Source of the DNA: Octopus sinensis
Taxonomy: Eukaryota
DNA length: 64,000 nucleotides
Assembly: GCF_006345805.1 (NCBI RefSeq)
Contig: NC_043008.1
Coordinates: 28,830,001-28,894,000 of the forward strand
Direction of reading: 5' to 3'
In this document: piece after piece, positions 54,287 to 64,000 of the stretch
How the letters are laid out: every line of letters begins with the position of its first letter
How positions within the stretch are numbered: position 1 is the stretch's first letter
The notes under the pieces: model-generated
Seen by the model: only the letters and a program-made list of their open reading frames with translations
What the model was told of the DNA's origin: nothing
Databases searched by the model: none
Translations under genes and position numbers: made by a program

Positions 54287-57200
54287 TTATTGTATGGAAA
54301 GTGTTCTGCGTAGGATGTGTGCAGTGCCTAGTAGCGCAATTTTCTGTATGTTATATGTGTACGTAAGTCCTGGTGTTTTTGTTATGTATTTGTCTGAATA
54401 TTTTTTTTATCATGCCTAATGCACCTACTATGATAGGAATTGTTTCTGTTTTCAGGTTCCACATTCTAGTTACCTCTATTTCCAGGTCTTTGTATTTTGA
54501 GAGTTTCTCCATTTCTTTTAGAGTCACGTTGTCACCTGCCGGTATTGATACATCAATTAGAAAGCATTTTTTCTTCATGATCTCTGACAACTATATCTGG
54601 TCTGTTGGCCTTAATTTCTCTATCTGTGTGTATCGGCATATCCCAGAGTATGGTTGCTTTCACGTTTTCTGTGACCTTTTCTGGTGTGTGCCTATACCAT
54701 CTTTTTTCTGTTGTTATTCTATAATGTTGGCATAGCTTCCAATGTATGTAGGTTCCAACTCTGTCATGTCTGTGAATATATTCCTTCTTAGCCAGGACTG
54801 GGCAGCTAGAGATAATATGATTTATTGTTTCTTGTCCATCTCCACATATTCTGCAGTTACTTGTAATATTTCTTTTCATTACATGTTTTTGGTAATTTCT
54901 GGTGGGGAGGCTTTGGTCTTGTGCTGCAATTAAAAATCCCTCTGTTTCTGCTTTGAGTCCTGAGCTTCTCAACCATTGCTGGGATTTTTCTTTGTCTATT
55001 TCTTTTGCGTTTAGTTTAGTGCAGTATTTACCATGAAGGGGCTTTTCTTGCCATCGTTTTATCATGGCTCGTTGCTGTTCTATTTTTAGTTTGGATTTCA
55101 TTTGTTTTATAGCTTTTGTTGTTTCTTCATCATCTTCTTCTTCTTCTTTGTGTTTATTAGGTGGTATGATTTCTTGTTTGTATTTGTCAGCTTCCTTAAA
55201 TACTGAGTACAGTTTTTTGTTTTGCTCGTGTTTTGCTGCTATCTGGATCAGTTTTCCTTCCTTTTGAAGTAGGTATTTTTGCAGTCCTATGGTGGTTATT
55301 TTATAGTAGTTTTCCAGCTGTATGAGGCCTCTACCACCTTCTATACGTTGTATATATAGTATTTCTGTGTCAGATTTTGGGTGATGCATCCTAGATCCTG
55401 TCAGTATTTTTCTTGTTTTCCTATCTATTTTGGACATTTCATTTCGTGTCCAGTTAAGGATATTGTAGCTGTAACTTATAACTGGGACAGCTAAAGTGTT
55501 GATACCTATTATCTTGTTTTTAGCATTGAGCTCTGTTTTTAGTATTGATCTAACTCGTCTATAATATTCTTTTTTTATTTTCTCTTTCATTTGTGTGTGT
55601 GTGTGTCTTATCTAGTTCATGGATTCCTAAGTATTTGTAAGTTTGGCTTTGGTCTAATTCTTTTATTTCATTGGTTTTATCTAGTGTGATGTTGTTACTC
55701 TTAACTAGTTTTCCTCTTTTCATGGTTACTTTGGCGCATATTTCTAATCCAAATTTCATATCTATTTCTTTGGTAAATCCATGAACTGTCTTTAATAGTG
55801 TTTCCAGCTTTTTGTCATTTGCAGCGTATAGTTTTAGGTCATCCATATATAAAAGGTGGCTGATCGTTTTGCCGTAACATTTATATCCGGATCCAGTTCT
55901 ATTTAGCATATCAGATAGAGGTGACAGTGCCAAGCAGAAAAGGAGTGGAGAGAGCGTGTCTCCCTGGAATATTCCTCTTCTAATGGGGAAGTCTTTGGTT
56001 TTCATGAGTCCCTCTTTTGTTTGGAGGTGTAGGACTGTTTGCCATTTATTCATAGAGTGCTCTAGGAATTTTATGATTGTTGGTGCTACTTTGTTAATGG
56101 CTAGTGTTTCGAGGATCCATGTGTGGGGGAAGCTATCAAACGCCTTTTTGTAGTCAATCCAGGCCATACTGAGGCCTTTCTTCTTTTTGTGGCTGTCTTC
56201 AGTTACGGCTTTATTAATCATTAGTTGATCTTTACAGCCATATGAGCCATTGCGGCATCCTTTCTGCTCTTCTGGAAATAGTTTGTTTTCGTCCAGGTGC
56301 TTGTTCAGCCTTTGCGATATCACTGCAGTAAATGCCTTGAACATAGTAGGGAGGCAGGTTATTGGTCTGTAGTTTTCTGGTTTTGTTGTTTCATTTGATT
56401 TGGGAATTAAGATGGTTTTCCCCTTCGTGAGCCATTCAGGCATTGTCTCTGGCTCTGCTAGTATGCTGTTAAAGTTTTCAGCCAGCTTTTTGTGCATTCC
56501 TGTTAGATATTTCAACCAGAAGTTGGGGATCTTGTCATGCCCAGGTGCCTTCCAGTTGCTTAGTTTTGCAGTGCCTGGGTGACCTCTTCAGTTGTTATGG
56601 GGGTCCAAAGTTGTTCAGATGCCGAGTTTGTTATTTTCATACTCCTTTTTTTTGGCTGTTCGTTCGCCGACCATATTTCTTTCCAGAATTCTTCCAATTC
56701 TTCTGCCGTTGGTGCTGCAGTAACTTCTATTTTATTTTTGCCCAGTTCTTGGTAGAACTTTTTGGGGTCGGAGTTGAACTTTTTGTTCTGTTCAAAGAAG
56801 CGTTGGCGTTTCTCGTACCGGCGGATCCTTTGAGCTTTGGCAAGGATATCTTGCTTCAGCTTTTCTTTTGATGTTATATTTGCGGTGCATTTTTGTTCTC
56901 TTTTCGTTGCTCAGTAGCGTTGCTTGTTTGCTGATTTCATTAAGAATCGACAGGTCTTTTCCATTTTTTTTATTTTGTTTTGGATGTTATTTATCCACAG
57001 GGTTTGTTTGGGTGGTGGTACTCCTGTTTGGGCGGGTTTGGGTGAGTATCCAGCTTCTTTTGTGGCTGCAGTGGCTGCTGCGTATATCAAGTCATTTAGT
57101 TCAGTGATATCACTTTTTTTTGTTTCAGTGGCTAGTTCAGTGACGGCTAGGTTTATGTTGTTTATAATTGGTGTTGTTATTGCGTTTATTTTTATTCTTG

Positions 57201-57906
57201 GAGGTATGGTCGGTGGTCCATTTTGAACTCTGTGGTTTTTAGTTCTTTGATTATTTTATTTTCTATATTATCATAATCATTAGGCTCCCCTTCGTTGTTT
57301 ACATCGTGTTTGTTGGGAATGTTGCGTTTGTCTTCGTGTTTTACAGTTTCAGTGTTTATGTTATTGGGCATTGTTGTGTGGCTTCTATCTACATTTTCCT
57401 GGTGTATTTTTTCTTTTAAATGTTCTATTTCTATTTCTGATATTTTTTTGGCTTTGAGAATGTATCTTCGTACGTTAGCTAATTTATTAGGGTTCATTGC
57501 TGTATCCAAGTCTATATCTCTATTATTTTCCTTCCATATTTTATATGTATGTGTTGTTGTATTTTCATTTTGTGGGTAGAGCATTGCTGTGAAGTATGCG
57601 TGTAAGATAGAAATGTAGTCCTCACGTGTCCATTTACGTCTTTTGTTGTTTTAATTGCGGGACATGAGGTACAACGTCCGGCCCATTATTTTGACGGTCG
57701 TCATTTTCGTAGGGTACCGGTCCGTTTATTTCTGTTGTCACATTATTTCGCACGTGTAGTTTTTCGTACATTTGTTGTTGTAGGTTTAATGTACGTACCG
57801 CTCGATTGTTATTCTTGGGTTGAATAGTATCGGTGGCATTTAATTTCTTCGTAGTTCCTTTGTACATGGTGTTTGAGGTCGGGGATGATCGTGTTGTTCC
57901 ACGCAT
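54287..57906 (-). pseudogene. R4/Dong polyprotein of element 2, broken by frameshifts
   Basis: KWTREDY..NKLANVRRYI; ENYRPITCLPTMFK; EQKGCRNGSYGCKDQLMIN; IFQGDTLSPLLF; YMDDLKLYA; LYIQRIEGGRGL; CRICGDGQETINHIISSC; RHD; RPDIV..LIDVSIP; KYKDL. Confidence 0.95.
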
Positions 57907-58097
57907 GTTTACATGTGTTGTATTAGAGGTGGAGATAATATGGAGTCAAAATACATCATTTCGTTTCGAAAATAGTAATAAATTTCAATTCGTATTACTT
58001 ACTCGGATATAGTCCAATTCTTTGTTAGTAAATCTTTGGCTCCATAGGGTGTCCTTGTTTTCGATGTTTGTGGATAGATTTCGGAGCTCTGTATTTT

Positions 58098-58200
58098 CCT
58101 TCTTACATCTTAAACGTCCCCGGTGTCTTCCTCCTTCTTACATCTTAAACGTCCCCGGTGTCTTCTCCTTCTTACATCTTAAACGTTCCCGGTGTCTTCC

Positions 58201-58201
<1 letters not shown>
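58098..58201 (-). repeat. Three tandem 34-35 bp units at the 5' end of element 2
   Basis: Plus-strand unit CCTTCTTACATCTTAAACGTCCCCGGTGTCTTCCT at 58098, 58133 and 58167. Confidence 0.95.
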
Positions 58202-58249
<48 letters not shown>

Positions 58250-58257
58250 TATTATTA

Positions 58258-58322
<65 letters not shown>

Positions 58323-58574
58323 ATTATTATATATCTTCTGCCGTTCTTCTTTTCCCCACGTGTACTCTCTCTGTCTGTCCTTGTACCGGCCCCTCTGTGT
58401 TTCATGCCTAGTGCCAAATAAAGAATTCAATTTTAATTATATCATCCGCATGAAGAGCATGGTTCGACTAAATATTCGTTTCTTTTTAATTCTCAAACCT
58501 CTTATATCTCTTAAAATTTTAACAACTCTTTGAATCTCTTAACTCTCATAAGAGAAGTATATATAAGTATAGAT

Positions 58575-58687
58575 AATCTTACGGCTGTTTCAAGAAGATA
58601 TAGGTTGGCATGGGTGAGTTAACTCTAGCCATAGTTGGAGTTAACGACCCATACCAACCTATATCTTCTTGAAACGGACGTAAGATT
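58575..58687. repeat. ~50 bp inverted arms with 10 nt loop, each arm ending in a hammerhead 3'-half motif
   Basis: Left AATCTTACGGCTGTTTCAAGAAGATATAGGTTGGCATGGGT..; right ..ACCCATACCAACCTATATCTTCTTGAAACGGACGTAAGATT; GAAAC-AGCC/GGAC-G-TA-AGATT on both strands, no CTGATGA. Confidence 0.75.
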
Positions 58688-59114
58688 TTGTAACTATTCA
58701 GGATTCTTTATTAATCATCTTATACTAGCTTTGTTATCTACCCTCCTAATTGATTCTAATACAAATATTGGGACCTCGCAAATACATCTATGTATTTATA
58801 TTTGTGTTTATATATTTATAATTTTTATATGTTTATAATTTTTTAATATATTTATGAATTTTATATATATATATAAATCTTCATATGTTTATATATACTT
58901 ATAAATTGTAATCATACCTCACATCTATGCATATTGTATATTGCGGAGAATTTCCATAATTTGAAATGGATTGAATGAATATATGCATCGACCTCTGAAA
59001 TTGCTTCTCTCCTTAATTTTATTTTCCTGAAACTCCATGGTTGATCTGTATAAAGTGGACAACTATACCATGTATTCCTTCATTATATACGTATATATAT
59101 ATATATATATATAT

Positions 59115-59167
<53 letters not shown>

Positions 59168-62100
59168 TACACACACGTATATTTATATATATATATATAT
59201 ATAAATATATAAAACAACACACACGCAACCAGAGAAGGATCAATGCAACTACAGGAATATTTTGCAGACAAGAAGCACTGACGTATGGGAAATAGGCTTA
59301 GTGCATGACTTTTACATGCCACTTAGAAGGATTTCAAAGAAATTAGAAAACTGTAATGCCGATGTGCTTAATTATTTGCTGAATGCATGGTAAAAATATA
59401 CGAAGATACATATGCGTATGTAAATGAATTTGACATTCATAGTTTCATGGCTAGATTCCTTAAATTATTTTATGTTACTTAAGTCCGCTAAATATTCATA
59501 TTAAGCAATGTATGTAAACGTACCTAAAATGTAATTGTTCCCTTGTTGATATTATCGTGAAAAATAGATTTTTTCTGCATCACAAGTTCAAATAATTCCA
59601 AGGAAATCTCATGTACAATCGCTATTGCCACCGTTTACAGAGTTGAATACTTAAGAATACCTACGATGGGCTAGATGAATAGAGCAATAGCTTAGCAACT
59701 TGTGTATGGAATAAGTCATAATGCATGATTTTTCCGTGAAAGATACAGTTTATGTATTCTCTGTCAAGATTACTTACAGTCCCTAGGAAAGATACCATCG
59801 TAAGAGATAGTGAGAGCTTTTATTCGATAGTGTATCAGAAATAGCTTTTATCTTGCCGGAATATATCTGAAACGTTGTCTCTCCCCATTAAACACTCACG
59901 TTATCTGAAAACTATATGGTATCAGAATACTATATGGTATCAGAATACAGATGTTAGATTAGATAAACAAAACAACCCGTACTATTTTCAGTATCTAATT
60001 TAGCATAAAATAATATTAATTAGTATATAACGATGTTAAGCAAATGAAATTTCAGCTTTAGACAACATCAGATATATTATTACATAATCTCTTTCTAGGA
60101 CACTAATATTTGAAACGTAAGTTCACAGAAAAATAAACAATAAAATAACTGCCATACCTCCTAATTTTTGCAATTTCCTCGAAACTAATATTTAAAAGAT
60201 TTATTATCATGCCACTGACAGTTGCTTTGATAGATGTTTTTTTTCTATCGTGGATTAAATAAAAATAAATTAATCTATTACCAAGCAGTTTAAATTTCTT
60301 GCGTGCATCGTTCAATATATTGTAATCTGTACATTTCACAGATATTTGTGAGTCTTTTCCGCTACAAGGAAGAGGAATTATAAAGCGCAAGCACATTAGA
60401 TCCGATTGAAAACAAGATAAAATATATTTGTCCATCGAATGTGCAAAATGAAATACTTCTGCAAAGTTTTGTTCCTGGAAAATACTCCTTTGCGTGGCAG
60501 GTCAGCTTCATAGAAATGCAAACCAATTTAAAAAGATATCCTTGGTAATAGAAAATACATAAATTTCGAGAGCATACTCCTATATTGATTACTTTCAAAG
60601 ATCTAGCATGTGCTCTGCTAGACGATCTGAGCTAATATGCTGCTCGATTAGACTTAATCAACATCAGAGACTGGCTTGTGCTTTTTGTCTAGAATATAAC
60701 TCCGTATTTTTACATTATATTGAATCGTCATAGCAGACTGAGCAACACTGAGACAGTGAGATGTAATGCGGTAAGAGATATTCACTTGAGATCTCTTAGT
60801 ATTTCAATCATGACATTAGGCACAGCAGAATAAAATATACTTGCTTAAACATTTATGGTTATGTATTGAAAGAGAATATTGAGTGTAGCGCATTTCGAAG
60901 TCATTCAAAATGAATTAGAATTTCTTCCATACATTTGTAGAATTTATGGAGTGAAGCCGTTGTTAGAAGGCAAAATGGGACGCAATTTTATTTTTCCTGT
61001 AGATTAATTACACTCCATATCACGTCATCAGAATTGTTAATATAGGTTTCTTATCGATTTCTAATTAATTACAGGGACGTTTCGGAATGATGGTATATAG
61101 GTACCCTTATACGTTATTTTTCATCATTTAAACTTAAATTTAACGTGAAACATGGTATGAAATTCCATATCTTACATTTGTTGACGACACTTGTAGTATT
61201 TGAATAAAATTAAGAGGATATACTTTTGGTATGTTAACATTATTAGAGTTGATTATTTCTTTGAAGCTTGAGAAGAAAATTTCTATCTCCTATTATTTCT
61301 CCTGTATATCAATTAGTATGCTGTACTTTGTGCATTGACTCTAAAACCATTCTGTCCTCTTGCGTATAATTGCTTTACATACTGATACGAAATTATCTCG
61401 GGAAAAGTTGAAAGTCCAGTTGAATTTATTTAAAGTGGAGTATTTGCACTGGACATGAGAGAGTATCATTATTTTCTCGATATTTTTATATGCCTGGAAA
61501 ATTACACCCACAAATTATGGTAGTATATTTCATGCATGAGATGATCGAGGTTTAGTTTTGTGTGAATTACAAGATACTTGTTGAAAACCGATATCAATTG
61601 ACTTCATTTTACACGGAATTTATACGTCATTAAATTCATAATCATTAAAAACATGGTTGGCACACAAAGCAGTGTTGTGGGATAACCAAATCATCTGTTC
61701 AGTTCAAATATCTTTCAGACATATTACCTCCTATAACAATTTCAATTCCACTACAGTTCTTCATTGAGAAAATGTCTTAGTCATAAGGTATAAAACATCG
61801 AAACCATTGCATGGCGCCTGTTATGGACTAACATACACACTTCATACTAGTCTAATACAGATTTGAGTCTAAGTTGTGTCACAGGCATACATACTTCCAT
61901 TGAGATTGCAAATTTATTTCTTAACGACTACAGTCAATAAGATATTTTAATGCATACTCAATGAAGAATGAATCACCGAATCAAACAAACGTTGCCAATC
62001 TACGTTTGCAGGCGCTGGTGATTGTGATACTATTGCTGTGCAATATATAAACAAATATTGTATTTAAAAAGAGAGAAAAAGATGTAAATTACACGGTCGT

Positions 62101-62359
62101 ATAACCGAGAATCTGAAATTGAATACGAATTCAATTGTGTTGTCATTACGATAAACAATCTCTTTAGATCTATCGATGTGTCTATTAGGAAATAATTTCT
62201 TTGTTTACTAATACTATGAAAGTAAATAAAATAAATATAACATAAACTAATTAGGATCGGAAAGTCATTTCTAATACCTAAAATATAAATTACATACATA
62301 TGTAATTTATATATCTGCGTGTGATTGAAATTTGTATGTATATGTGTCTGAAAGAGACA

Positions 62360-62610
<251 letters not shown>

Positions 62611-63624
62611 TGCATTCATATATAATATATATATTTATGTATATATGTATGTATAAAGACACACATACAGAGAGAGGCTACGAGGGACAGATGGCTATAT
62701 AAACATATATTAACACGCACATATACATGTATTAGTACATTTACATACATCCACACATATCTATGTGTGTGTTTACATAACACCGTATGTATATTTTCAT
62801 GTAGATATACGTATTACGTTTGTATTTCACTAATAATCTTACTTCACTGAAGGAGACATCAAAATAAACAACAGCTTTCTTATGAGATAAAAGCCGTTAT
62901 TACTTTTAGATATGCTGTCCAATGTCTTTGTACATGTACTACAATATATCAGCTTTCTGTATCTACGATAAATAATTACCATTTGTTACAGATATTACAA
63001 TGAGTGCAACCATACTTGAAGAATGAGATTGGATAGTGGTCATAAAATTCTTACATTACTTCCTTGTTTCCAGCATTAGGTTGTGTTCATGCTGGAGCAC
63101 AGCTTCCAATAATTTTTAACCCAATAAAGCGACCCCAATATCTATCTTATTTTAATCTTGGTACTTATTCTATCGTACTCTTGGGGAACTAATGGGATAT
63201 GCAGAAGTAAACAATCCAAAAGAGGCTGTGAAGCCGTTGTTGAGGAGAAGCACAGACACAAAGTCACACACACGCATGCAACGAACTGACACTCGTGCAC
63301 ACACACGCCCGCACACACAATCATAGGCACACTCATATTTCATGAGTATATTTCTGTGTATATATAACTACTGCGAAAAAAACATGATTTTTATTGAAAT
63401 CCTAATACATTTTGGGAAATATTTTCTTAAATACTTTCTTCTAAACTGTTTTTAACACTTTATTATTCTTATCAAAGAATGTATATATACATTTTAATAA
63501 CATATGGCACCCAGTATTGAAACACAACAAAGCTTTACATTTTACTTTTGACAATCTTTTTCTAAAAATTGAAACCGGTCAAGTGAATAAACTTCTTTAA
63601 AGTTGCATTTTCAAACCTTCTTTC

Positions 63625-63657
<33 letters not shown>

Positions 63658-63789
63658 ATATATATACACACACAGGCACACACGCATACACTCACACACA
63701 CACTCACACACACACACACACACACACATACACATATATATATATACATATAAATATATATATTACTCCATTAGTTTGTTACATGTTTT

Positions 63790-63980
63790 AGTTACTTGAG
63801 TGTAACCATGCTGGAGCACCGTCGTTTAGTCGAAGAAATGGACCCCTAGATTTATTCTTTGTAAGCATTTTGCCATTTCTATCGATATATTTTGCTGAGG
63901 CACTAGGTTACGCGGACGTAAACACAAAAACCTCGGCTCTAAGCGTTAGGTTGTGTAACAACAGAGACACAAATGCATAC
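63790..63980 (-). mobile_element. SINE family A 3' half, degenerate (weaker fragment at ~63080-63180)
   Basis: CCATGCTGGAGCACCG...TTATTCTTTGTAAGC...GGTTACGCGGACGTAAACAC is the reverse complement of the family A 3' region. Confidence 0.65.
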
Positions 63981-64000
63981 ACATAAATATATACATTTAG

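Noticed and set aside
58098-58201. 35 bp direct repeats as a CRISPR array
   Set aside because: Repeats are contiguous with no spacers, the context is eukaryotic and there are no cas genes.
59911-59948. 18 bp tandem duplication (also a 19 bp duplication at 31398-31439)
   Set aside because: Routine slippage duplications with no further structure.
60380-60550. KYICPSNVQNEILL resembling the hAT transposase YxSxxIQNE motif
   Set aside because: Single short motif with no other hAT blocks or TIRs found.

Overview
AT-rich eukaryotic, repeat-dominated DNA. The SINE families and the very dense (TA)n/(CA)n/(TAA)n microsatellites look like an Octopus (cephalopod) genome; this is inferred from pattern recognition, not a database result. 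No host protein-coding gene can be supported, so the window is probably intronic or intergenic, and most ORF-track entries are microsatellite translation artefacts. Main contents: (1) five R4/Dong-clade non-LTR retrotransposon copies at 39.8-58.2 kb (RT + CCHC + restriction-like endonuclease). Two are near full length and all lie in the same orientation relative to flanking (TAA)n tracts. (2) One full-length dead mariner with TIRs and TA TSD, a second decayed mariner and a DD37D-like relic. (3) Many tRNA-derived SINEs. (4) The most interesting signal: dispersed minimal hammerhead-ribozyme-like motifs (CTGANGA/CCGATGA...GAAAC-palindrome-TA/TC), several inside head-to-head inverted-repeat units typical of Penelope-like retroelement ends. 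In these units only one arm keeps the catalytic core, and two related copies lack the same ~18 nt in the partner arm. Several additional long, near-perfect hairpins are present.
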